64,000 bases of DNA from Paragordius varius (lineage: Eukaryota; Animalia; Nematomorpha): the NCBI GenBank assembly GCA_964247055.1, contig OZ176050.1:4898001-4962000 (forward strand), written 5' to 3'. Below are positions 19,301 through 31,000 of the stretch, piece after piece. The notes beneath the pieces were generated by a model that was not told the DNA's origin, did no database searches, and saw only the letters and a list, made by a program, of their open reading frames with translations. A program made the position numbers and the translations under genes. The stretch's first letter is position 1. Each line of letters opens with the position of its first letter.

Positions 19301-21722
19301 AGACCTTAACAATATTAATAATATTACAAATTTTTTTCTTATTAACAATACACACATGTTTTTTAGTTTCATTAAATATTTTTACTTTATAATTTAAATT
19401 TTAGTTTATATTTTAATTTTATTTTTACGTTTGACAAAGATTACTTGTAGTAATCGAAATATTATATTATAATAAATTATATAATTTTTGCTGATTGATT
19501 CCATATATAATTATACTATCACACTTCAGCGTAAACAATATCCAATAATGTTTTATATTTTGGACATTTAATGAAGATAAATTATGAATAAATTTGAAGT
19601 GATTAGATAATGTGTTAAAACTGTGAAATATTTCATTAATTGTAGATTTTCATAAAAAGGCAAGTTAGAAAAACTTTTTTTAAAAACTTAAATAAAATTA
19701 GCCAATTTCTTATTTTGCGCTGTATATTTTAAATGCTAAAATTTGGCAATAAATTTAGTTATTATGAATTTATAAAAATTATTGTTATATATTGCTAATT
19801 TAAATAATGTTTCAAATCGATTCACAGAACTAACGTTCTAACAACTCATAATTCAAAAAAATTTATTTATAAAGAGAATATCGGTACTTCCATTTATTAG
19901 GAAGGGTGCCTTAGCGTTCGATTTTAATAACCTATATAGCTATTGTTTATAAAGAAAATAGTTTTTGAGCCCAGGCCTATAATTTAGATATCCACTACGA
20001 TATATAATTACGTATATAAATATATTACTTATCTATGTCGATGAGGAGTTTTTGAATGTCAGATTCCAAAACTTTTTCAACACGTTTTAATCTATTAGCA
20101 ATAGATATAAATATATGGAAATTCCTTAATGCAATAAAATAAAATTATAGCATTTGAATAATATGAAATCTAAAATAATATCTTTAAACTAACTAGTATA
20201 TTTAAAACTTAACTTATTTCCATGTATGATGTATAGAATCTAGCTAAAAACAAATAAATGATAACATTTACCCATACTATACCATTTAGAATTTGAGATT
20301 ACCCTTATAATTTCAATTTAATCCTTTAGGTTAAAATTTATCCTAGACCCTATTATAATTTTGGGTAATAAATTATAATTGAATATTTGATTATGTCATA
20401 GGCTATTTTTTTGTAAATTACTCGAGTTTGAGAGTAATAAAATTATTTTTTATAATGTATTTATGCTGATAAAATTAAATCAAACGGCATCCAAAAAAGT
20501 TTGAAAAATGTAAATTTCCAAAATTCAGCCAACTAGTGTAATAAAACAGAAAATCAAAAACTAATTAATACACATAATTTAGTTGAATTTGAAAATATTT
20601 ACGTGTTTAAATGTAAAAGGGTTTTATAGATTGGTCATTAAAAACACCAAATACCGAAACTTAGAGATATGACCTAAGGAAGACTCTTAAGCCACAGTAA
20701 AATTTTTGGTAAAAAATATTTTATTATTCAAAAGTCGAGAAATTAAATAATATAAAATTATGAATGCGACGAATTTGTCTTGGAGACCTCTGTTCCTAAT
20801 ATTACAGCAATTCAATGAAAAAAACCCCAAAAATGTTTTTTATTAAATTATTGTTATTTTTATGATAGATTAAAAATTAGGGTATATATAGACGATTAAA
20901 TTAGTGAGAAAATGACCATAAAAATACCGGATTAAATTAACATCCATTTCGGGATCCATTTGATCATCTTTATGGGTAACGTTTGCGTTTGTGAAATTAA
21001 TAAATATATGTTTGTAATCAAATTTATCAGATTTTATTGAGGACAAATTTAGTGATTGATTTGATTCGAATGTAATTAATTTCTTTTGTTCAAGGTAATT
21101 TAGAACCAAATATAAAGATTCGGGACTGCTTTGGAATATTGATTTCAATGTTGAATCTGTTATCGATTCTAATATTTGATCCAAAGAAAAAATTCTATTT
21201 GATGTTTTAGATAGAAGATAGTGTTCGGATAATTTATAAAATTTATTGGAAACATTCTAAAATCATAAAAAAATTAACTTCAAGATTTTTCTTATTCACA
21301 TATTTTCCACTTTCTGATAATGTTTGAGTATCACCAAAGAAAGGGATAGTGACATATTGATTTACATAGGTGACTGGATATTTAATTATTTGAGTTCCCC
21401 AATCAATCCAGCCTTGTCCCTGAGAAGGCATCTGTTGATAACTCTCTAGAGGAAATAATATTTTTTGTCTATGATATTTTACCAAATAATACTTTATTAA
21501 CTCATTGAGGACTATATTTAAACCAGAAGGTGGCCTGTTTTTGTAAACAATTTTTTCTTTAATATGATCCCAATCAAAAATAATATTCTTCTCATTATCA
21601 AAAATTTGATTGAGCCTATTTTTCCAATAATTCATTTTATAATCCCAATCTTTGGGATTCGATTCCTTGGAACGAAACGGGGAATAGAGATAATCAATTG
21701 AGGTATCATATTTATCGGCCAT
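13396..21722 (-). CDS. CHMP7: ESCRT-II/III hybrid CHMP7, 7 exons (21722-21279, 21256-20928, 20091-20029, 16129-15961, 15882-15778, 15512-15128, 13478-13396), ~525 aa
   Basis: N-terminal LYSPFRSKESNPKDWDYKMNYW...RPPSGLNIVLNEL...GQGWIDWG winged-helix region, followed by a Snf7-like coiled coil (KAKLYLKRK, SNKLIYNAYKSGVSAYK, DLDATMDEMQE, ENELETLL). GT-AG introns of 22, 836, 3899, 78, 265 and 1649 nt. Exon sum is in frame. Confidence 0.87.
13692..15063 (-). mobile_element. Non-autonomous hAT DNA transposon (1372 bp) in CHMP7 intron 6
   Basis: TIR TAGGGTTGTG (13692) / CACAACCCTA (ends 15063). Perfect 8-bp TSD GGTACTTA at 13684-13691 and 15064-15071. Subterminal GACCTAGGTC palindromes at both ends. 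A decayed transposase remnant on minus around 14280-14460 (FTNIRRKQIINII...IDASYHSKTAEYI) resembles hAT cores. Confidence 0.9.
16345..18648 (-). CDS. Penelope-like element polyprotein: reverse transcriptase + GIY-YIG endonuclease (767 aa from first ATG)
   Basis: Uninterrupted ORF. FHGQPKLHK, LRPIT, LDIVSLYTSIP, GVPMGSPFSSVIA, YRYVDDII, ITFLDV, then IIYKIKCQDCDSVYIGQT...RIKEH...SALAYH...HKIDW...ESFYI...MNR. Confidence 0.95.
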   Translation of the reverse strand: MKRLFAKNSFDDHNLQFYLKLIDKNIRYNSHLIFNKTCLENNLNPKSLIPKFSINNNNTNKMKENICKKLIKERIKNCYRNIEYCKKKLESLEKWLNNLPLNKYSQIQKMHDNKVKYITEKLSKKHMKKLKNLNYKEVEPNFINLTDIKFTSEQIKFLNNGLKFIPKTNIPLKSLTTIIESNLPQEEKDLRFKIYNELNTYSKNNNTLKINSILKSLKVKEEIMYLKADKTNQLVIMYKNDYNDKALKVLTDKKTYEIIKYNPIEKIEKCINKKLKRFLIRKQINNTTYNLCKPKDSKCPTFHGQPKLHKENIPLRPITNFRSSPTFKICKYLTQLFSPLLEHYKYNIKNCYDLTEKLIDINTTDKIICSLDIVSLYTSIPIKIAKKALKQFIEKNLAHFDKLNVNINVLNNLINLAISNSYVKFNDTIYHQKIGVPMGSPFSSVIAEITVRYVESKVLQKQKEPYFYYRYVDDIICIDSENNIKQLLKTFNCTSPLRFTLEKENNNKITFLDVLIEKNNNKISTEVHYKSDISIINYNSHHPDNCFNSLVHSLLRRTLLIPNSIEKRTSQTSEIVKKLLEHNYPQNLITNAINKILNSKPKKIYNDNKKKIIIPFYESVSYKIKEILKEKYTIIFKPLNNIYKLLNSQKKNPNSQCIIYKIKCQDCDSVYIGQTKRGLDVRIKEHKTAVSKNKTNDSALAYHAFKCKHKIDWNAEVVDIEENKTKRILKESFYINKEGNIMNRKKDLNNINNITNFFLINNTHMFF
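18681..18854 (-). repeat. 5' pseudo-LTR of the Penelope element (direct repeat of 16203-16369)
   Basis: Near-identical to 16203-16369 except for a 7-nt indel in an AT-rich microrepeat. A third, inverted copy lies within 19345-19515. Confidence 0.92.
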
Positions 21723-21747
21723 TCATGTAATAGCATGTTAAATTCAA
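21723..21747. promoter_or_regulatory. 25-nt spacer between divergent CHMP7 and MMS19 start codons (putative bidirectional promoter core)
   Basis: CHMP7 ATG at 21722-21720 (minus). MMS19 ATG at 21748 (plus); the ATG at 21735 is followed by an in-frame TGA. Confidence 0.5.
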
Positions 21748-24700
21748 ATGCTTGAAAAACGTGATTTATTGATACCGGAGAACTTTTTAGGAAATATCGA
21801 TCAAAATAAATACATTAATGGTAAAACTTTGTTAAAATTTAGACTTTATTAATAAAGAACTTACAACTTTAGATATTATAGAATCAATGAAGCCGTTCTT
21901 AGTTAATTCTGATATTATTTTACAAAATAAAGCGCTTACTTCCTTATCTATAATAGTTATATCTGTTGCGAAATACATGAATGAAGATGATTGTTAGTAT
22001 TTTTATAATTTTTAGGCAATGTCTTGCTGCAATATTGTATCGGAAAAATTTTCGACGAAATAACTCATGTTTGTCATTTATTAACCATTATATATTATTT
22101 AGTAAGTTATGTTTTATATAAAATTTAGTTAAAACAAAATTGTTCAAAGGAAGCAGCAACAAAATTTTTTGCTCAATTCACCCATAGTAATAATTCAAAC
22201 TGGGTACAAACTTTGAAACAATCCGACCGTCATATTTTATATAAAATTTGTCTTCTAATATTTCGCAATGTTCCACTGATATCATTGACAAAAATTGGTG
22301 GCACCACAGTCTTGCATGTATACCTATCGATAATAGGTGATGAAAAGGATCCCAGAAATTTATTCATTATATTTGAAATAAATTTATTCCTACTCCTAAC
22401 ACTCTCTAGTCTCGACGGTTATGTCGATGAATTTTATGAGAACTTAGCTTGTTACTTCCCTATTGATTACAAACCAGATAATCTAAAACCAAAAATTTCG
22501 CTAAAATCTACACGAATGAACCTCCATGTTGAGGAAAAAACTTGTGATATTGCCGATAAAAATGGTTTTATCCTGTCGTTAAAATCAGAATATTTAAATA
22601 CTGATGAAACATGTATAACACCCGCCGTTTTATCACAACTGCTTCATAAATGTCTCGTGTGCCGACCCGAATTTATTTCGTTTAATTTAACGTTGGCGCT
22701 TGAGAAGGCAAACTCTTTGCATACCAATTCACAAAAGGATTCATTATTACTCTTCAGGGACACTTTTAAATCTTGTTGCCAATCATTATCAGACAATGTT
22801 AATAAAAATTTTAATTTTTTTTTATCAAACTTTGTTTCCTTTATGCTTGATGACGAAGAACGCGAGTTTTGGATCAGCTTTCAAGATTTGCTCTTTGATC
22901 TTTCTGTAAAAACATTTGATGATAATTCAAATTACAATGACTGCATGAAATTGGATGGAAGGGAGCCACTCATATTAGAAATAATCTCAGCTCTTTATAC
23001 CCTACATTTACAAGATTGGACAACCCTAATTAATAACGAGTTGGACATTGGTGACATAACAAATGCAAAAAATAATTTTGAGACGTTGTTTCTTAAACCA
23101 TTTATATCAACTTGTTTATACAATATTAATGGTTATCCGTTATACACTAACTATACTAAAACAATTGAACCCTCTAATTTATTGGATAAAGAACAGACGA
23201 ATTCAAACAGATCGGCGACAAATTTTATGAATGATTTAAGTATGGATGGAGAAGAGGAAACCTCTTTAGTGTCAGGTATGTCCCGTATATCAAAACTAAA
23301 TTCGGTCGCTAATGAGTGTCACAAGTTCAGGACCAATCTAAAATTGTTGCAAATAATTACTTCAACATATTCTCAACCAAAGAATGGGGATTATGCATGT
23401 TTAATTGTTGGAAATATCATTCAATACTTTGATGTTAATTTAACGCAAATTATAAAACATAAAACAATTCCGCCCCTTAATGTTTTAGACAATTTAGTAG
23501 AATTATGTTTTACGATCAGTCATTTAGCCCACCTTATACCCGCTAATGGTATATTTTTATAAGTTTTAAATATGTCTTTAACTCTATATTATTTTGAATT
23601 TTCTATCAAAATTACAGATGAAAAAAAACGGACAATTTTACGGGACAGTTGTGCGCAATGGTTAGGTTTTGTTAACAATCATATGTATCTGGAAAATGTT
23701 CAAAGCCATTTTGCTCAAAAAGAACAAAGCAGAGTTTTGGAACAAATATTACTAATAACATTCTATATGTACCAATCTATATTTAAACTACCCAATAATG
23801 GTTTAAAAGCAGTCAATGTACTTGAAAACATAATTGATTTTGTCGTTTTACCTGCAAACATGCAAATATTATCTGCCAATATTTTTTCCAAACGTTATTG
23901 GTATATTCACTTTAAATAACAGTTTCTTTAGATTGTAATAATACCATTATATATAATATTTGTATCTATATTATAATTTTATATGATCGAAAAGGACATT
24001 GATTAGATATAGGTTGATTTAAAAATAAACTTTATTTATCATTATTAGCAAAAAATACGCTTATTATATAAAAATAAATTTTATGTCTATTAGGTCATGC
24101 CTTGAAAACGTATTATCAACCATTACTTTATATCCAAATGAGGGTCATAAAGAAATCATTAATCAAAAACTGTATAATCATATATCCTCTATTCAAGGGA
24201 CAACCGGTATATTTTTTGTATATTAAATGTGGTGAAAAAATTGTTAAAATACAGCATAAAGTCAAAGAATATTAAGATACCTTAATTTTTGATGATTTCC
24301 AAAATAGGACAATTTTTTATTCTCTATAATTTAAATTTTTACCTCATAATTTTTATCGATATTTATTTGAAAAGCCGCAAAAATTACATTTTACATTTAT
24401 GGATTTAGAAGAAACAGCTTATGGATCCGTACTATTGCATTCCTTTTTACAAGCTGTCATAATATCATCAAAACCAAATATTGATGAAACTTTTATAAAC
24501 AAAGTTTTTAATAATTGTACCCTTAGCCGTAAAATGGAATTAGTCACCACACTTTTTTGCATTATATCGAGAATTTGCGGTGATAATGATATTATCAAAT
24601 CTTTTAATATCAGTTCATTGGCGAATTTTGTTTTACAATTATACATGTCAATAACGGATAAGAGTTATATGGTATCAAGTGAGAAATTAATTGATTCCTT

Positions 24701-27337
24701 CCACTCAGTATTGGAAAATGGCATTGATAAACGAGTTTTTGACGAAGAGTATGTAAATTAATATTTTATATTATCATTTACATTATATTCTGTTTTATTT
24801 TACAATACATTATGAATTTCTTAGCGATATTTCCGAGTACAGACAAATTTTTTTCCATACTGTTTTGGATAAGATGATGGATGATGTAACAAATACACAA
24901 CTTTCCAAAGAATTAAATTTGAAATATAAAGCTTTTAATTCGTTAGCAACTTATCCACGATTGAGGAATAAGGTATAATGTTTTTCGAAATATTATTTTT
25001 CACACCCCATATCTTGTTCTAAAAATTTTTCGTTTAAATTTTACATTGAACTTTTATGATCATATCCGTTCAATTTTGTTTGATTTAATATTTATTTTTC
25101 AAACAAATTCCCAATCATTACCCAAAAATTTTAAATGTAAATGAATACCTTGAGCCAACATTTTATAGCTTAAATTTGTTTTAAACCTGATAACTAAAAT
25201 AAGGAGGAGATATGGTTAATTAGGATTTTTCATTACGGTTCAAATTTACAAATTAACAATTTGTTTAGGAAAGGGATATTTGAAATAATGCATTAATTTA
25301 AACAACGGATGAATGTGTTTAAGAGATATTTAAATAAAATTACACGTACCACGTTTGTTTTTAATCCATATAGAATAATTTTAAATTTTATTAAATATTC
25401 AAGCTTATGATACATATCTATCACCTTAAATATATAGTTGATATTATTGTTTTATAGATTTTCACAGAAATTTTGACTAAAACACACATCCAAAATATGA
25501 TTTATCGTTTACATGTTGAGTATTGGAGTTCGATTGGCAAAAATATGCAAAATACCGATTTAATACACACCACTTATCTATGGGCTATTATAATCAACCA
25601 AAATTATACAAGTAAAGTATTTATTTTTATTATTTTCATTAATTGTTATACATAATTAATAAATTTTTTATATTTATCATAAAATGGCCTTTTCTCCATT
25701 TCATATATTATAAGTTCTAATTAATTTTATTTAATAAAAGTAGCAAAATATAAATTTCTGCTTTATTTTATTTGGTTATTTTTATAATACATCTTAATTA
25801 GAATGTGCGTAGTTTTACTTATATTCAATATTTTATTTTATCCACACCTTGACACTGCACAATTTTTCCATCATCACTGTCAGCACTCGGCAGGCAGCTT
25901 GAAATCGCTAATGGATTCTTGATTCAATTTAAAACCTTACAACGTTAATAAAAAAGCAAAAAGAAACTTTTAAACTGTATATTATATATCATGTATACTA
26001 GATGGTTCTTTTACTCAAACCATTAAGGAGAAATATTTTATGGCATTTAGCCACATTATTTCTTGCGATTATGTTATTACTTCGAATCTAGTCAACACTA
26101 ATAATACAACAAAAGATTGTAAAGGAAATTATGGCGGCGATATATATCTATCACATCATAACACAATAAATTTCACTGTTATCAAAAAAATATACAGCAA
26201 TTTGGGGTTGTTTTTATGCATTCTATCAAGGATTAATACATCCACGTTTTCCATAACAAACTTGATTGAATTGGTAATTTTTTATTTTTATACTTTTTGT
26301 TTATTTCAAAAATCTATTTAATATTTCTTTAATTTAGATCTTAAAAGCTATTAAATGCCAAAATCATGGAAAATATTTTATTCATTACACACTCAGCTCT
26401 ATTCTTATACCGAATCCATTCATCAAACAAACCAAATGCGCTGAAAGTTTATTTAAACAAAAACTTTTCTCCTTATTGTACCCCAAATTAATTTCCATGT
26501 ACGAAAATAATCGAGGTAATACCATAAACGCTATTTTTAGAAAAAAATAGTATTTTATTATTATATATTTTTTATTTTTTGATAGATTATCAATATTCCG
26601 TATGTCTTGTCATTTCGCAATTCGTTAAATGTTTACCATTGAATTTGGCTGAAATGCACGTTGAAAAGGTAAAATTATATTATATATAAAATTTAGAGAG
26701 TCATTATTTAAAATAATAAATTTTATAACAAAATGCGCTTGAATATAAAATATTTTATATAGTGAAAATTTTTTATAATATCCTTTTGACCTATCGAAAT
26801 ATTTCTTAACAAAAGCTTATTCCCCTGTCCTTGGATTGCTTGAATACCAATCAAGAGAACAAAACCGATTCCAATTTTGATAAATATACACAAGATGTTT
26901 ACGAGTTAATTTTGGATATGCTTAAAAAGTATCCCGCATATTTCTCAAACTCTCAAATACGCACATTAGTCGAACAAATTACAACAAAAATACCTGCTAA
27001 TAAATCTATGGTAATAAATGTTTTTTTATAAAAAAATTTATGGGGCTCATATTAATTGAATTTGTTTATGGCAAATCGTATGAATGCTTGGTTAAAATAT
27101 AAATATTGGATATTGCCCAATTATGCACAAAAATATAGATTTGCTTCGTTTTATTTTTAGGGCGAATTGGCGATTGATTGTCAAATACTTACTCAATTAG
27201 CTCAAGTTTATCATAACACGGACATTTTATGTCACAAATCAGTCATCACAAAATGGCTTAAACCATTGTTGGGTCATTCAAAACGAATGGTTAGAAAAGA
27301 AGCTGGTCATTGTATTAATATTTGGTATTGTTTATAA
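21748..27337 (+). CDS. MMS19: CIA targeting-complex subunit MMS19 (HEAT-repeat protein), multi-exon
   Basis: WVQTLKQSDRH..Y.I, IGDEKDPRNLFIIF, EFYENLACYFPIDY (MMS19_N), LFKQKLFSLLYPKL, C-terminal LKPLLGHSKRMVRKEAGHCYNIWYCL (cf. DDKKRLVRKEAV..RGEWFLL). The first introns are 22, 23 and 27 nt (21821-21842, 21993-22015, 22102-22128). Several internal junctions between 24.2 and 26.0 kb are approximate. Confidence 0.86.
25860..25895 (+). repeat. Fragment of the SINE body seen at 46298-46333, in an MMS19 intron
   Basis: caatttttccatcatcactgtcagcactcggcaggc matches the reverse complement of 46298-46333 over 36 nt with 3 mismatches. Confidence 0.7.
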
Positions 27338-27505
27338 AAAAAACCAATAAATAATTATTGAAAAGTCGTATTTGTATTAATTTTTAAAATATTTTTTGTC
27401 TTCTTTTTTGAAAAAGGTTCAATTAAATATACGAATATGCTATTGTTTGATGAAATCAGATGTATGCTCTAATCTATTCTATCCGCATCAAAATATATTA
27501 AAAAT

Positions 27506-30500
27506 TTATTTTTTCCCAACTTTTTTGAGTATGGTTTTAATATCTTGCTTCCCTTCAATGAGAGATTTTGAAAACAATGGCTTTTCACGGTTCCTTTTGC
27601 ACAAAAATATTATGGTGCCAATTATCATGCAAAGTAAACCTCCAAAGATCAGGCCATGAATAGCTTGAATAGCAATCTCTTCGATTTCTGATGCAAGAAA
27701 AAATTATTTTAATCATACTGATTATGAATTCAGAGTACATGAAACTATCAACCTTATTAGCGTTGTTAAAACCATTAAACCAAAATATTGCTTTATAATC
27801 ACAATTGTGATGCCCATTTAGCCAAAGTAGAACATTAAGAAAATAACTGTTTATTTTTAAATACTTTTTTATTAAAGTGTTATTAAATTTTAAATTACCG
27901 AGCTTGAACTGCACTAATAATATTAATTTGAAATTTTTAACAAGTTCATAAATATGGCCGACCAAAATTTTTAAAATATAATACCATTTACGTCCCAGGT
28001 AGTTCCCGGTTCCAGTTTCACATGACAATGCGTTTGAGGCACGGATACAAAACAACCCTTTGTACTAACATATTTTAGATGTGATAGGATATCACAAATG
28101 CTACATTTAGATAGTTCCCAGGCATTAATGTATTGCGCGCTTTGACTATATAGGATGTATGGTTAAATTTTTATATAAATGCCATGGATTAATATATATT
28201 TGCAAACTAATCAATTTGTAAATTTGACGCCACCCCATCTTTAAGAGAAAAAAAGAATTCGTCGTAAACCTTTTAACCGTAAAGGCTTAACAGATGTTAA
28301 TAACGGTAGAGCAATTTATTCTATTTTTTCTTACCTAATTGAGGCCATGAGATACCTTCCATTGGTAGATTTTTTGGGACAGCATTCATCTGCACATTTG
28401 TGACGGCTAGAGTCATCATCGTGATAAGCCCCAAAAGTGTGTCCCAACTCATGTGCTAATACTAACATGGCATTGTCGCGTCGCAATCTAGACATTTTTT
28501 GTACCAATGTTCAAATATGTTTTACCGTGTAATTTTTTAAAAATGCAATTTGCTTTTTCTTTTAACTCATGACTTTTTTGGTTTTAAATTATACTTATCT
28601 TGTCATATATCTTTGACGACAGGTTTGATCGGACTCAACCAAAAATTAAATAAAGCCCAAATTAAACTTCAAGTAGGCAGTAGTCATCACCTGATTATAG
28701 TCATTTTTTTTCAGCTTATTTTTTGGATAGGACCCTTTTTAGCAATGAAAATCCCACACAAAGAATTTCTTTATGTTAATATTTGATTTTCTTTATAATT
28801 TTTCCCTTAAATATTTAGTTTAAATCAGCGTTTCTCCAGTTAGAGAGCGTAATTCAGGGAATGAAAAAAATAAACACATTTTTTGCATGATCCTAACATT
28901 GAAAATCATACATTTTGGGGGCGAAAAAATATTTGATTCGAAACCACTGCTCTATGCCTATTATCTAGGGATTCGTCATTACAACCGTATTGTTAATTTT
29001 ATGAGTGAATCATTACAAAAAATATGTTTATCCATACCTACGTCTGTAATGTTTTAAGGTCATAAATGCATAATTCATTTGACGGCACACTTGAGCTTGA
29101 AAGGCTACGCCCAGAATTTCGGCTGTAAATGATTTACTTTTAATGGTATCATACAAAAGCACAAGGTTTACACATGGTTTCGTATCACTATCTAAAGTTC
29201 TGAAAAGATTGTATATAGATTTTAAAATGTTAAATAATTTATGTTAACATTTTTATACCTATTATCCCATGAGTATATTAGGCCACCAATATTATCCATC
29301 AAAGATGTCTTATACATTGTCATGAAACGCTTTAAATCTCCGGCTTTTCTGGCTTCAAGAATGGGCCCAAACCAAGGGGAAAATTGTTTTTCTATCATAA
29401 CTATATCTTTGAGGTAAAAGCCGAGCTGATAATCAAGTTTGACGAAATTTGTGTCTGAGAATACGTGATCAGCGCCAGCCAACAACATAGCTGACTCATG
29501 AACAATTTCCTCCACGAGAGTTGCTAAGCTTTGAGTTTTAAAATGTTTTTCTAGGAATCGAACAAATGTCGGGTCTACTATCACACGGACATAACAGACT
29601 TGTTTAGATTCGATCGCATTGTCATGTTCATGTTTCTTAAATTCATCGGAGTGTATATTCATGTGAGATTTGGGATTTTGTAGGTATGGGCATCTTGATA
29701 AATATCCTTCAAACATTTTCATATGTTCAACTCGATTATTTGGAACGTTTATTGTATCATTAGCAAAATTTATTGTTTCATCCAACCTATAAATAATTTA
29801 GTTAAAACTTAATGTATAAAAAATTTGCATATAGAGTAGATTCGGTCGTACAGCTAATTATCCTTTGGTTGCATTTGACCCGACCGTTAAAATCTATAAT
29901 CAATTTCTTATTTTAGATTTAAATTCATTTGTCAACTATTTATTAAATTATTTGGAAAACGGGGGTATCTGTTGGCTAAATAAGCGTATAAAAGCGTCTT
30001 CTGTTTATCTATAATGGCCTCTAGGTCTGGCTCCAAATGCTTTATTTATGCGCTTCAAAAAATGTGCCAAATTTTAATAGATTTATTGCACCTAACGGTA
30101 AAATTGTATGCTCCATAATAACTTTTATGTTACAATTTATGATAATATTACTTATATATAATATATGATTCCGTAAACGGGTTTTCAAGCTCATTTGTAT
30201 TGTCACTGAATCGATCTTTTGGTTCAATTAGAAAAATGTCTTTTTGTATAACCAAATAGCCATCTAACACCCCTTTCTTAGATAATGACAAAAAGGCTGA
30301 AACATGATTTTTATCATTAACATTGTTTGTATTGACATTCCAAGATTTGAGTCCTGATAGCTCGTAAATTTTTTTATCGGTCAAAAATGTTGATTCTATG
30401 TCATGTTTAAAGTGTCGCAATAAAAATTCTCCCATATTTGGCGAGCCAATTTTTGTTAAATAATATATGTTGAGATCTTTGGAATCAACAATATGATTGC

Positions 30501-30756
30501 AGTGGATTAATTCTATGCCAATTTTTCCATCCGACGTTTCCATCGATAAATTCAAATATTGAATGTCTTGAGGTTTTTTAGAATATTCCTTCATGTGCGA
30601 TAATTTTGTTTCCCCATCTAACTTTTGGAAAAGGACTTGTTTATCTATTTTTAGCCGGGCATTAATATAATGAGGCGGGTAAGAATAACTTGTTACCATA
30701 TTTATCAAATAATGCAAAAAATAAAGGTATTGTAACATACCATAGCCATGTAACAC
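27506..30756 (-). CDS. ADAM10/17-type (M12B) membrane metalloprotease lacking disintegrin/Cys-rich domains
   Basis: Signal-peptide-like N-terminus and prodomain (30756-30150). VCYVRVIVDPTF, ILGVAFQAQVC, zinc motif HELGHTFGAYH (28453-28421), Met-turn RYLMA, WELSKCSI..GCFV, then TM helix IHGLIFGGLLCMIIGTIIFLC and a basic tail. Exon junctions at ~29.8-30.15 kb and the exact 3' end (27506 or 27440) are unresolved. Confidence 0.8.
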
Positions 30757-31000
30757 GTCTTGGCTATTCTATTTATCAAACAAATGTTTTTTAAATAATT
30801 ATTCTACAAATTTTATACATTCAAAATAAAAAGATATTTTATTTCCTTATTCACGCGAGAGTTAATTTTAACTATCCTTTTTTAATTGTTTTGGCACTGA
30901 TATTAAAATCTTTATTATTCATATATATGTGCTTTATATTTGATATTTTAAACAAGTTTTTAGATCAAGTTATCGTTGTGTATAAATAAGTGAAGCCTTC

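Larger units (their letters stand above)
16195..19557 (-). mobile_element. Penelope-like retroelement with direct pLTRs, an inverted arm and flanking 12-bp duplication, in CHMP7 intron 3
   Basis: Intact RT+GIY-YIG ORF. Direct repeat 16203-16369 / 18681-18854. Inverted arm 18855-19550 mirrors 16854-16203 plus the ORF 5' end. TAATGTTTTATA is duplicated at 16195-16206 and 19546-19557. Confidence 0.95.

Noticed and set aside
18840-19397. Apparent stand-alone GIY-YIG endonuclease gene (185 aa)
   Set aside because: It is the inverted arm of the Penelope element. Its ATG comes from antisense pLTR sequence, and nothing indicates independent expression.
23549-23563. In-frame TAA (23560-23562) between two same-frame MMS19 ORFs, suggesting stop readthrough, codon reassignment or a 15-nt intron (GTATATTTTTATAAG)
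   Set aside because: A 69-nt intron from the same donor to ...attacag (23617) has a pyrimidine-rich acceptor, restores the frame and fits the ~70-nt class. No other gene needs a reassigned stop.
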